Assembly: GCF_004010195.1 (NCBI RefSeq)
Contig: NC_057728.1
Span: 45,591,716 to 45,611,432 of the forward strand
Direction of reading: 5' to 3'
DNA: 19,717 nucleotides
Source: Chiloscyllium plagiosum
Lineage: Eukaryota
The notes beneath the pieces were generated by a model. That model was given only the letters and a program-made list of their open reading frames with translations. It was not told the DNA's origin and did no database searches. Below are positions 1 through 11,060 of the stretch, in pieces. The position numbers and the translations under genes were made by a program. How positions within the stretch are numbered: position 1 is the stretch's first letter; the number at the start of each line of letters is the position of its first letter.

Positions 1-233
1 GAGGAGCAGGAAGTGGAGGAGATGCGGTGGAGGGCATTGTCAACCACGTCTGGGGGGAAATTGCGGTCCTTGAAGAAGGAGGCCATCTGGGTTGTACATT
101 TTTGGAACTGGTCCTCCTGGGAGCAGATGCGGCGGAGACAAAGGAATTGGGAATATGGGATGGCATTTTTACAGGGGGCAGGGTGGGAGGAGGTGTAGTC
201 TAGGTTGCTGTGGGAGTCGGTCGGTTTATAGTA
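1..233 (-). mobile_element. Penelope-like element (Neptune/Poseidon-type) RT thumb fragment, runs off the left edge
   Basis: Minus strand translates open as YYKPTDSHSNLDYTSSHPAPCKNAIPYSQFLCLRRICSQEDQF...FFKDRNFPPDVVDNAL. This is the typical PLE RT C-terminal motif (YxKPTD..YL.Y.S.HP...K..IPYSQF.RLRRIC) and is homologous to the copy at 14860-14960. Confidence 0.88.
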
Positions 234-329
234 AAATGTGCAAACTCCACACAGTCACCTGAGGCTGGAATTGAACCTGGACCCCTGGTACTATGAGGTA
301 GCAATGCTAACCACTGAGCCACTATGCTG
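234..329 (-). mobile_element. HE1-like tRNA-derived SINE, 5' head only (cut by the adjacent PLE)
   Basis: Minus-strand A box TGGCTCAGTGG (311-321) and B box GGTTCAATTCC (267-277), followed by GACTGTGTGGAGTTTGCACATT; matches the copies at 6412-6716 and 17378-17786. Confidence 0.88.
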
Positions 330-341
330 TGAAGCAATAGT

Positions 342-458
342 ATGGAATCTGGAAGTGCCATATCTGATCCAGAATGGCAACTTTATGATGAAACCATAGC
401 CAAAGTGAATTCAACTAACTCTATAGATGATGAAGATGATGAAATTCGTGGATTTTAA
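342..458 (+). pseudogene. Possible C-terminal remnant of a pogo/Tigger-like DNA transposase
   Basis: Open frame MESGSAISDPEWQLYDETIAKVNSTNSIDDEDDEIRGF*. The acidic tail ending xxGF-stop resembles pogo-family transposase C-termini. No TIR or catalytic domain seen. Confidence 0.3.
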
Positions 459-818
459 AATGTTATCACTTTGGTTCAAACTATTCTTTTAGAATTTTTT
501 CATTCAATAATTCCAAAATTTCATTCAATTTAACTTGAATTACTGGCTTTATGTCTTTAATCACATCACAAAACAATGGCTACATAAACCAATATCACGT
601 TTCACATGTTCTGCTCAATACATAAATCAGTCCCCCTTTGCAGAAAGATGTTTTGAAGCTTCAAAGATTATGTTATACACCATGTTTTATGGTAATATAA
701 ATGTTCATAATTATGAGAGGTTTTGATAGCATATAGAAAGAGAAACTATATCCTCCATTAGGTAAATAAATAATTAGAGGGAGATAAGAACACAAACAAT
801 GCAGTGGCTGAATGATTC

Positions 819-986
819 GCAAAATTTGACGTACTCTTGGGAAATAATGCTGAGATGTCAGTGGGGGAGCACTTTGAGGCCAGCGACCATAATTCTATTA
901 GTTTTACAATAGCGATGGAAAAGGACAGACCGGATCTAAAAGTTGAAGTTCTAAATTGGAGAAAGGCCAACATTGACGGTATTAGA
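819..986 (+). mobile_element. CR1/HER1 LINE internal fragment (end of APE endonuclease domain)
   Basis: Translates AKFDVLLGNNAEMSVGEHFEASDHNSISFTIAMEKDRPDLKVEVLNWRKANIDGIR, containing the LD..L and SDH endonuclease motifs and the following W.KAN.D motif of CR1 ORF2. Confidence 0.85.
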
Positions 987-1320
987 ATCCAGGTTCCTTC
1001 AAACATATAGGGAGTATGCATAATAAATGGATTCAGAAGTGGAGAACTAATGTTACATATACCATTGTAAGTTACCTGAGCAAGTCACTGCAAGCTCTAT
1101 ACAAAATACTATGCTATACGAGTAGATTTTTGTGCAGCTATATTTGTATGCACAGCTGTTCTGCAATCTTTAACTTTCAATGTTGGATAATATTATAGAT
1201 CACATTATTTAAGAGCCAGATATACATCACCAAAGTAACTGCATTGAGCTGCAAAGAATTGCAAAGACACCAATAGCCCTTATGTAATAACTTGCACATC
1301 TGACCATTATTCAGAATGAC

Positions 1321-1785
1321 AAACAGAATATTGTGGATTCTGGAAATCAAACAAAAGCAGAAAATGCCTGAAGCATTGATCTGTTTCTGGCAGCCACCCT
1401 GTGGAAAGAGAGTTAACATTTTCAAAACTGTAACCATTCATCGAAACTGGAAAAAAGCTAGAGATGTAAAGCTTTTAAGAAAGAGCTGGATGGGATGAAG
1501 ACCAACAAATGGGGTAAAAGTGAGAAGAGACTGAATGATAGAAAAGTTAGTCCTCCAAGGGAAATGGAAATGAAGCAAGAATAAAACAAGTAACAATAGG
1601 CTTGTCCTGAACAGTTGTGCTGCTAACTTAATGGAAAACCTGAAACAAGCAAAGGGAAAGAAACAAAATGGAACAGATTATGATCTGAAATTGCTGAAAT
1701 CCATGAGAAAAACTGTAAAATTCCTAATCAAAAGATGAGAGGGTGTTCCTTAAGTTTGCATTGATGCACACTGAAACAACGTCGT
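1321..1785 (-). mobile_element. Old, degenerate PLE 3' end (GIY-YIG tail plus terminal repeat with decayed hammerhead)
   Basis: 1350-1450 resembles 11855-11917 joined to 13674-13710 (…gcagcc…gtggaaagagagttaacattttc…ttcatcgaaactgg). 1690-1780 resembles 13975-14080 (atgagagggtgttccttaagtttgcattg vs atgagatgctgttcttccaggttgcgctg). Confidence 0.6.
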
Positions 1786-1792
1786 AAAACGA

Positions 1793-2136
1793 TTAGACAG
1801 GTTAGATGTGCAGAGGATGTTTCCTGTTATGGAAAAAAGAATTAGAGGTCACTGTTTAAAAATCATGGTCTCCCATTAAAAATGAAATAAGGTGCTTTTT
1901 TTCATTAGAGTTGTGAATCTTTGGAATTCTCTTCCTGAAAACATGGTGGAAGCAACATCCTTGAATATTTTTAAGACAGAGATAGATTCTTGTTAAGTAA
2001 GGTGTTGGAAGGTTATCAGGAATAAGTGGGAATGTAGATTTGAAGTTTCAGTCAGATTGCCAATACTTGATTGAATGGCAGGGCAACTTGAGGGACTGAA
2101 TGGCCTTCGTCTCCTCCTGGTTCAAATATTTGTATG
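1793..2136 (+). mobile_element. Degenerate CR1 LINE 3' end
   Basis: Decayed RGH..K / RVVNLWNSLP / ..FK..ID.FL ORF2 C-terminus, followed by a CR1 3' UTR (attgaatggcagggcaacttgagggactgaatggcct…tgtatg). Confidence 0.8.
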
Positions 2137-3350
2137 ACTACAACCTTTCAAGTGGATGGGCCTTCGTGACTCTGATAGTCGAGAATCCATTTTGCATTCA
2201 TTGGTATGCCATAGATATCCAGATTAAAAGTGGGAATGCAGGAGCCTATTTTTAATGGTTGGATTTGGAGAGCTGGGATTACATCCCACCACCCCTCCAA
2301 CCTTGGTTCTCCTGACTCAGCATTAAAACTCAAGGCCTCAATCTACAAAAAGAAAAGATTATGCTCGATGTCTCAGCACTACTGTGAATGGTCGCATCAT
2401 CAGAACAGATGTGACAAAGGTTGGAGAATGGAATGGAATTATTGCAGAGAGTAGGTTGTGAGGAAGTGTAGCTGAGGTAGTTGTGGGGTGTAAATGTGTG
2501 AATGATGTTTGATCTCTGCCACCTCTTTTACCAAGTGTAGCAACTTCTTTGACCTTAAGTGAAATATTAACAAAACTAAAGTTTTCTATCAATATATTTT
2601 CTTCCACTGTGCTGATATTACATATCATCTGTGACCAATGGCTTGTATCAGGGTAAATATTCCATTGCTTTTGAGTCAAAGATTTGAAATCCAGACATGC
2701 CATCGTCATTGCAAAATGATCAATAAAGGCTCTTTATTTACTGTACAGTGAGATTGCTGCAGTAATCTTTGACAGAGACTATTGCTAATGTTTGCATAGA
2801 TCCATTTTAAATTTCTCTTCCACGACATAATCAGATAATTTTATTGGCAGTACTACCAATTTACACAGGACTGCATTTTTTATACAGCCTGATTTGACTA
2901 TCTATTGATTGAACATTGAAACTTTTAAAGTTGAAAAGGCGTAGAAGTATCTAAATGAGTGGATTGATTTTCGCGAGTGGAGTACTGCCTGGCAAGATCT
3001 ATACTTTGTTTGCCATACTAAATACTGTGGTCTGTGGGAGAGAGCGTGTGTGTGAGAGAGAGTGTATGTAAACCTAAAAATAATCAGTAGCAAAGCTTCA
3101 GTCTTAAACAAGATAAAATTTACTCTGCAACAAAAAGCATTGCTGTAAGTCACGTGAGTCAAAGGAATAAAAATAACTAAAGGTATACAAGCAAAACACA
3201 CAATACATACTTAAAAAGTAGATAAGGCTGAAGTCATTGACAAAAGTGACATTCAGTTCAATTCTTTGGGATATTGTTGCAGGCTTGCAGCTTGCAGTTG
3301 GAATCTTTGTTATTTGCAGTTAAGGAGTAAAATTGAAGAGCTATGTTACC

Positions 3351-3376
3351 CTACACTTGATCTTGGCCAAAAGGCC
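3351..3376 (-). pseudogene. U2 snRNA 5' fragment (nt 11-36)
   Basis: Reverse complement GGCCTTTTGGCCAAGATCAAGTGTAG vs vertebrate U2 nt 11-36 GGCCUUUUGGCUAAGAUCAAGUGUAG: 25/26 identical. It ends inside the branch-point recognition sequence. Confidence 0.85.
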
Positions 3377-3377
3377 C

Positions 3378-5224
3378 TACTTAAGAGGAAAATCAGGAGG
3401 GCAAAAAGGGGACATGAAATAGCTTTGGCAAATAGAGTTAAGGGGAATCCAAAGGGTTTTTACAAATACATTAAGTGACAAAAGGGTAACTAGGGAGAGA
3501 ACAGGACCCTTCAAAGATCAACAAGGCGGCCTTTGTGTGGAGTCGCAGAAAATGGGGAGATACTAAACGAGTATTTTGTATTAGTATTTAGTATGAAAAG
3601 GACTTGGAAGATATAGAATGTAGGCAAATAGATGGAGACATCTTGAAAAATGTCCATATTACAGAGGAGGAAGTACTGGATGCCTTGAAATGCATAAAAA
3701 TGGATAAATCACCTGATCAGATGAACCCCAGAACTCTGTGGGAGGCTAGGGAAATGATTGCTGGGCCCCTTGCTGACATATTTGTGTCATCAATAGTCAC
3801 AGGTGAGGTGCCAGAAAACTGGTGGTTAGCTAATGCGGTGCCACTATTTAAGAAACGTGGTAAGGACAAGCCAGGGAACTATAGACCGGTGAGCTTGACA
3901 TTGGTGGTGGACAAGTTGTTGGAGGGAATTCTGAGGGACAGGATGTACATGCATTTGGAAAGTCAAGGACTAATTAAGGATAGTCAACATGGCTTTGTGC
4001 ATGGGAAATCATGTCTCACAAACTTGATTGAGTTTTTTGAAGAAATAACAAAGAGGATTGTTGAGGGCAGAGTGATAGATGCGATCTCTATGGACTTCAG
4101 TAAGGCGTTTGACAAGGTTTCCCATTGGAGACTGGTTAACAAGGTTAGATCTCATGGAATGGAGGGAGAACTAACCATTTGGATACAGAACTGGCTCGAA
4201 GGTAGAAGACAGAGGGTGGTGGTGGAGGGTTGCTTTTCAGACTGGAGGCCTGTGACCAGTGGGTGCTGGGTCCACTACATTTGGATGTGAGCATAAGAGG
4301 CATAATTAGTAAGTTTGAGAGATGACACCAAAATTGGAGATGTAGTGGACAGCGAAGAAGGTTTCCTCAGATTACAATGGGATCTTGATCAGATGGGCCA
4401 ATGGGCTGAGTGACATATGGAGTTTTATTTAGGTAAATGCGAGGCGCTGCATTTTGGAAAGGCATTTCAGAGCAAGGTTTATACACGTAATGGTAAGGTC
4501 CTGGGGACTGTTGCTGAACAAAGAGACCTTGGAGTGCAAGTTCATAGCTCCTTGAAAGTAGAATCGCAGTTAAATAGGATAGTGAAGAAGGCATTTGGAA
4601 TGGTTTCCATTATTGGTCAGATTACTGAGTACAGGAGTTGGGAGGTCATGTTGTGGCTGTACAGGACATTGGTTAGGCTACTTTTGGAATATTGCGTGCA
4701 ATTCTAGTCTCCTTCCTATCGGAAGAATATTGTCAAACTTGAATGAGTTCAGAAAAGAGTTACAAGGATGTTGCCAGGGTTGGAGGTTTTGAGCTATAGG
4801 GAGAGGCTGAATAGGCTGGGGCTATTTTCCCTGGAGCGTCGGAGGCTGAGGGGTGACATTATAGAGTTTTATAAAATCATGAGGAGTATAGATAGTTTAA
4901 ATAGTCAAAGTCTTCTCCCTGGAGTTGGGCAGTCCAGAACCCAAGGGGATAGGTTTAGAGTAAGAGGGGAAAGATATAAAAGACACTTAAGGGGCAATAT
5001 TTTCAAACAGAGGTGGTACGTGTATGGAATGAGCTGCCAGAGAAAGTGGTGGAGGCTAGTACAATTGCAACACTTAAAAGACATCTGGCTAAGTATATGA
5101 TTAGGAAGGGTTTTAGAGGCTGGGTGCTGCCAGATCTGACTAGATTGGGTTGGGATATCTGGTTAGCATGGATGAGTTGGACCGAAAGGTCTGTTTCCAT
5201 GCTGTACATATCTATGACTCTATG
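3378..5224 (+). mobile_element. 5'-truncated CR1/HER1 LINE, inactivated ORF2 reverse transcriptase
   Basis: ORF 3604-4290 has PLFKK..KDKPGNYRPVSLT, SQHGF..GKSCLTNL and MDFSKAFDKV. Relative to the second copy, two short deletions near 4260-4278 remove VPQG and FxxYIN, and the FxDD motif is frameshifted (aagtttgagagatgac). Downstream RDLGVQV, LEYCVQF and LFSLERRRLRGD; 3' tail tctatgactctatg. Confidence 0.95.
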
Positions 5225-5830
5225 TTTTACAGCTGTGATGGCTTCTGCAATTGAAGGAGTTTGTCTTTGTAGGTGCTCAAAGCAGGTACAGCAGCATCAA
5301 GAACTAAGTGAAAGCCCCTTTTCTTTCCTGAATCCTCCAGATTCCTTCTTCAGCAGAAGAGGGATAATTTCTGGGCACCTCGCTTGGAAATTCCTGGTAA
5401 TGCAGAAACATTTCAGTTCTCACATTATAGTTCAGCTGAGGCACTGTGGCCAGCAATTGTTATCATGAGTTCTCCTGAGGCCTCTGTACCAAATGATTAT
5501 TCCCAGCTAGAATTTATAAAGTTCAAACTCCAATTGGCTGCTGTCCCAACCTGTTGATTTATGCTTCCATTTTAGGCTTTGGATTAGCCCAGGTCTGGGG
5601 TTCAGTCACTTCTTGCAACTTTCAGATGAGGTAATTCTTCTATTAAATGTTTCCACTATAAATTTGAATAGCTTCATTCTTCCAGGTTTGATGAGGTAGG
5701 AATGAACTATTCAAAGTCCCAGGAAGGCCATTGTCATTGAATTTCTGTTTAATCTTATGGAAATGTTCATTGAATTTCAAATGTATTTTCTGATCCTTCT
5801 TGAGATCATTATAGCTTGGTTCCTCTATCT

Positions 5831-6406
5831 GGTCATGTTGTGGCTTTACAAGACATTGGTTGAGCCATTTTTGGAATATTGTGTTCAGTTATCATCTCCC
5901 AGCTATAAGAAGAATGTTGTCAAACTTGAAAGGATTCGGAAAATATTTACAAGGATGTTGCCAGGGTCGGAGGGTTTGTGCTACAGAGAGAGGCTGAATC
6001 GGCTGGGGTTGTTTCCCTTGAAGCATTGGAGGCTGAGGAGTCACGTTATATAGATCTATAAAATCATGAGGGGCATGGATAGGGTGAACATGCAAAGTCT
6101 TTTCTACAAGATAGGGGAGCCCAAAACTAGAGGGCATAGTTTTATAGTGAGAGGGGAAGGATTTAAAAGGGTCCTAAGGAGCAGCTTTTTCACGCAGAGG
6201 GTGGTGCATGTATGGAATGAGCTGCCAGAGGAAGTAGTCAAGGCTGGTACAATTGCAGCATTTAAAAGATATCTGGGTGGGTGTATGGATTTGAAGGGTT
6301 TAGAGGGATATGGGTCAAATGCTGGTAAATGGGACTAGAATTATTTAGAATAGTTGGTCAGCATGAACAAAGTGGACCAAAGGGTCTGTTCCCACGCTGT
6401 ATATCT
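5831..6406 (+). mobile_element. 5'-truncated CR1/HER1 LINE 3' fragment
   Basis: VMLWLYKTLVEPFLEYCVQL…YRERLNRLGLF…TRGHSF…RVVHVWNELP…GYGSNAGKWD plus 3' UTR; homologous to 4645-5210. Confidence 0.93.
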
Positions 6407-6411
6407 TTTTT

Positions 6412-6716
6412 TAAAAATACTTACAGTGTGGAAACAGGCCTTTTGACCCCACAAGTCCACACAGACCCTCTGAAGAGCAATCCACCCATACCCATTCCCC
6501 TATATTTGCCCCTTCGCCTAACTCTATGGGCAATTTAGCATGGCCAATTCACCTAACCTGCACATTTTTGGACTGTGGTAGGAAACCGGAGCACACCCAC
6601 GCAGACACGGGGAAAATGTGCAAACTCCACACAGACAGTTGCTTGAGGTGGAAATTGAACCCAGATCTCTGGCACTGTGAGGTAGCAGTGCTAACCACTG
6701 TGCCACTGTGCCACCC
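6412..6716 (-). mobile_element. Near full-length HE1-like SINE, tail-to-tail with the preceding CR1
   Basis: A box TGGCACAGTGG (6695-6705), B box GGTTCAATTTC (6651-6661), central GGAGTTTGCACATT…GGTTTCCT.CCACAGTCCAAA.ATGTGCAGGTTAGGTGAATTGGCCATGCTAAATTGCCC, and a CR1-like tail AAGGCCTGTTTCCACACTGTA. Confidence 0.92.
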
Positions 6717-7712
6717 ATCTTTATAAATGTAAAGTTAAGTGTAGTTGTAGTCACAAGAGAAGTCAGGTGACATTTTCAGCCATATATTAAAAGCTCCTTT
6801 GTGTCTATTTTCAAAAGATAATACTTTGTTGCAAAATCTGCAATGCTATAACTACTATTATGACGTTCAATTTCAGATAAATCAAGGAGAAGAGCAGGGC
6901 TGGAAATTGAGCTTTATTTCAAAATTTCTGCCACTGTGTTTGTCTATGACAATGCATCTTGCAGCTGTGCGACATTGTTCTAGGAAGAAGGAGGGTCTTT
7001 ATATTTTATAAAATACTTTTGAGCAATTCATTTGAACATAGGACTTCATAACATTTAAATCATAAAAGCAAGGTACCCCATCAGCTTCCTTAAAAGTTGG
7101 AATGGTCATGTCATGGTCAGGTTATAAAAGTATGGATGATGATCTTAACATTGGATGAGATAAGGCAGGACTGGAGTCTGGTAGATTTTGTTGGTGCAAG
7201 TCAGTGGTCTTGGTAATGGTCTGGATATGTTGTTAGAAATTCCTTTTCCTGTAGGGCACACCTTAATATATACCTCATTAGAATATTAAATGTTAGCATG
7301 ATTAATATTTGTTGATAAAATATGTTTTCATTAAACATATACAAATTACGTTCAAGTTGCTGTTCCTCTGTATTTGTTCTCAGTGTCAGATTTTGTTACA
7401 CTTTTGCTGTTGATGGAGGCTATTGCCTGAAGTAGGGATTACAGAAATTTGCTTTGGCAACCTTTGTAATTTCTTATTATTTCCAGAGATCAGTCTTTAT
7501 GAAATCATGACTTCACTGTTGGATCAAGGCATTTTACAGTGTTTGAGTTCTTTTATTTTAACTCCTAAATCCTTCAAGTGAAACATTTCAAGAAATGCAT
7601 CCAAACAAATTTGACTTTAACAACAACAGTGACTTATTTAATTTTAGATATTTTGCTAATGTTTTTTAGCCATCTTTTTCTCCCCTTTTGATCTCTTTTC
7701 TTAAAGGTCATT

Positions 7713-7790
7713 GATTAGCCTAGATCCTATTGAATGGTGGAGCAGGTTCGAGGGGCCAAATAGGAACTCCTGTTCCTATTTCTTATGGTC
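7713..7790 (+). mobile_element. CR1 3' tail fragment
   Basis: attgaatggtggagcaggttcgaggggccaaataggaactcctgttcctatttcttatgg; homologous to 16760-16950 and to the reverse complement of 10506-10580. Confidence 0.8.
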
Positions 7791-8194
7791 TGTATAGATG
7801 CTCTGAGATATGGTTCATAGGTTCAATGGTATTTGTACAATGCATTTTTGGCAATAATTATGATAAATTGTTTGATCAAACGAGGATCATTGAAGCTGAG
7901 TCCAATTTTACCCACTATCATCCACCCACACTTCACCCTGATGAAGGCTGCACACCTCTATCTGAGTATCTCGACTTGAGTTTTTTTTTGTTCTTCTTAA
8001 CTTCAAAACAATTCAGTGAATCAGATTTTAGTATCTACACCACTGATCACACATCTTTTCACATTGCAAAAGGAGATCAGAAAGAATTCAGTGCCTATTG
8101 ACATAGGGGTTTGACGCATTTCTAGTGGAGCTAAGGCGATCTATTACAGCATCTATATGCATATCCATTTACAACTCGTAGATATTCCAAATAT

Positions 8195-8247
8195 AGAGCT
8201 GACTTGATGGGTTGAATAGCCTATTTCTGCTCTCAGGTCTTAGGTCT
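8195..8247 (+). mobile_element. Short CR1/SINE-type 3' tail fragment
   Basis: gacttgatgggttgaatagcctatttctgctc…tcttaggtct resembles the CR1 3' stem-loop and tail repeat. Confidence 0.45.
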
Positions 8248-9612
8248 GCAGCCAGAGAATTAACGTTAGTTTATAGTTTACAGAAAAGAGATGATTATTT
8301 TAGGCACAGCAGGGTCACACACAGACTGATGAGACAAATAACAAGAGATACTGGTCTCAGAGATAGTGATTGAATTATAAATGCAGGCTGAAGAATTTTC
8401 TCATTGGACTTCCTTTTATAAATTTCTACTTTGATTTTAGCTGAAAGAAGCAAAATTCAATGAAGAGCTTGAGCATGTTGTAGCTGGATAGAAGTTGAGT
8501 GTTTTTTTCTTGGATTGGAAGGATTCAGTTTGACTTCCGATCCACTGAGGTGATCTGGGATATAATGTAAGAGGTTGGTTAACTGAATGTCTCTCAGAAA
8601 TTGCTACTAGTGTCCGGAGAGATGACAGTACTGGGCAACAGCAGTGGGACACTCTAACAGACATATCAGCTTATTTGTGAGTTTACAACCTGTTAAATAT
8701 AAAAGATTGTTATTGTACTGTTTTTGCCTTCAGCTGAGAATTAATGCAAGAAAACGAAGGCTGAAATTTTTCCCTTTTTCACATGAAGTATGGGGGCAGC
8801 TGTGTTAGATATAAATTAATTTGGTCCCATTGCCAAAGAAACCTGACAGATCAGATGCCAATTGGCTTAAGAGCTGACCAGAGAGCTGTTCAGAGAATCA
8901 CAGGCCTCATTGCCAGAGGTTGCCAACCTGTCGATAGCTTCTAATTGCTTCTGGGTCTTAAAGACTAATGGTTAAAGTCTGTTGTTCAGGAGATGCAATG
9001 GAGAGGGTTTAGGTCTTTCTCAAATGCTTCCTGCGGGTTGGTGATCAGAGGAAAAGAAAGGCCGAGAGTCAGAGGCGAGAGTACTTGGGGTGCATTTCAG
9101 AGAACAACACCTACCCTCCATTCATGCCTCCAACAGCACCCATACAGGAGCAAATGGAACATCTTCCCACCATAAACAGCCAGCCGTTGTTGGTAGGGAG
9201 TGCATAGGTAATGTACCTCTGGTATAATTACATCATCACCATAAGGGATTTATAGACATGCCAAGTACTATGCAACAAGTGGTACCTTCGTGGTCATTTG
9301 CAAGCCTATTACAAAGTAGTATAGGAATAAGCACCATACAATAATCACTCATAGACATGGTGATGAATGTATTCAGATCTTGGCATTCACTTACTGGAGT
9401 CTGCAATTCCTAGTCTTACAGACTGGGACATAATTTGAGGAAAGCAGCGAAAATGGGTTTTTATTACACAGGAAATGCTCTACACCCCTTTTCACAAGTA
9501 ACAATGCAAAAGAAGCATCATCTCCATGCCTCTACCCATTCTCCAAGGCCATGGAGATTCCCGAAAAGATTTAAAAAGTATCAGTGAGTTGGAAGCCATC
9601 TGCCAGATGTGA

Positions 9613-9794
9613 GGGTGGAATTTCATGTCTTCCATGGTAGTGAGTTTGGAGGTGGACTCTTCCATTGAATGGGAGGGTGTAAATTAAGCATCTCCAGTTT
9701 TCTACCCTTTGCTAATTAAATCCAGAATGAGAAGGCTTATGGAGGGCCTTTGTAACTGAGCACTAATTACACTAATTGAGGTCCGTAAAAGGCC
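9613..9794. repeat. Unclassified old interspersed repeat
   Basis: Start gggtggaatttcatgtcttcc resembles gggatggaatttaatgcccctcc at 15046-15068. It recalls a common elasmobranch repeat from memory only; not verified. Confidence 0.3.
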
Positions 9795-10177
9795 GATGTT
9801 AAAAAGGTGTTAAAAAGAAACTGGCAATTCAAATTGAACTGTTCTTGCATTTCATCACTGCAGGCTCTGCTAAAATTGTACAAATTTACATGCTTAGCAG
9901 GTTATTTTTCACATCAGCTTCTGTAATAATAGAAATTTGGAGATAGAGACTATTGGATATATATTAGATTTTCTATGCAGTGGATGGAATATTCAACAGG
10001 GCTATGACAGCTGTGCTGAATTTACAAATGTTTCCAGTCCATGTAAAGCTCCATAACTGAAAGTTATATTTTTGCTTATATATATTGTCCGTCTGTTTCC
10101 TTCCCTCTCGCCATTTTGGTAATTCATGGTTGGATATGGCTTCACCAGTGCAGGCTGTCAAGAACAACTGCAAATTG

Positions 10178-10187
10178 CTATTTATAG
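10178..10187. promoter_or_regulatory. Consensus MEF2 site in repeat-free DNA
   Basis: CTATTTATAG fits YTA(W)4TAR, within tgCTATTTATAGca; YY1-like CGCCATTTT at 10109-10117. Motif match only. Confidence 0.25.
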
Positions 10188-10505
10188 CACTTGTGATATC
10201 ACCTTTGTTAAATAATGGGTGCACTCTTATAACTTTGTAAATTGTGCACTGCTTTGTCTATTGTGTAAAAGTTAGTCTGTGGCATTTTTTTGACAGTGAG
10301 GCAAGCAACAATCCTTTTGCAGTTGAAATTAAAAAGGAAAGTCATCCTGAATATTCCCTGAACCACAAAGCAACAGATGCTTATTGATCAATTCAGATGT
10401 TTATGAAGCTCCCATATCGAACCATGTTTACATCCAACAGTGAAATCATAAAAAGCTACCGCCAATCCCCTGACCATCTGTTATTTAAAATGCTATTTTA
10501 GAAAG

Positions 10506-10678
10506 TAGAAACATAGAAAATAAGAACAATAGTAGGCCATTTGGCCCTTTTGAGCCTGCGCCACCATTCAATGTAATGATGGCTGATTCTTCTACTCAGT
10601 ACCCTGTTCCCATTTCTGCCCCACACCTTAGATTCTTTTAGTCTGAAGAATTGTAGCTATCTCCTTCTTGAAAACACC
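10506..10678 (-). mobile_element. CR1 3' end fragment
   Basis: tagaaacatagaaaa tail repeat, then gtaggccatttggccc…gagcctgcgccaccattcaat…atggctgat (reverse complement of a CR1 3' UTR). Confidence 0.8.
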
Positions 10679-11060
10679 TTCAATTTCCAATCTGTTAGAA
10701 ACAAACAAATTCAGAACACAAACTACGGCAACAAGGGAAACCCGACAAACATTTGAAAGTGTAAAACGAATTCTCCCATAGGTAAGCTCCTTCCAAGCAT
10801 GACACTAAAATAGCAGATGGTGCTTTCAACGACCACCTTCATATTCCAACAACACATCAAATGAATTGGCATGGAAATGAAATGGAAAACATCCCTTCTT
10901 TTAAGGTTATTTTCAATCAGTTTTGTGTGTATTATGATTAAGTGGATGCGATCCTGTGTCATGTTTTGTAATTTGTTACTTTTAAATACAAGACTTTATT
11001 TCCATTACAGTGGGGTCTAAATGTTACTTTATCTGAGTCAAAGAAATAACAATAGATTCT

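Noticed and set aside
3604..4290. 228-aa ORF (and the 179-aa ORF at 12810-13349) as functional genes
   Set aside because: Both are pieces of 5'-truncated CR1 ORF2 with stops, frameshifts and damaged RT motifs.
5692..5712. TGAGGTAG let-7 seed (also in SINE heads at 294 and 6678)
   Set aside because: Only the seed matches; there is no let-7 body or precursor hairpin.
7938..7975. CTGATGA hammerhead-like word
   Set aside because: No GAAA follows a helix II, and there is no PLE-terminus context.
8820..8840. TTTGGTCCC resembling the miR-133 5' end
   Set aside because: The match stops after 9 nt and no precursor is evident.
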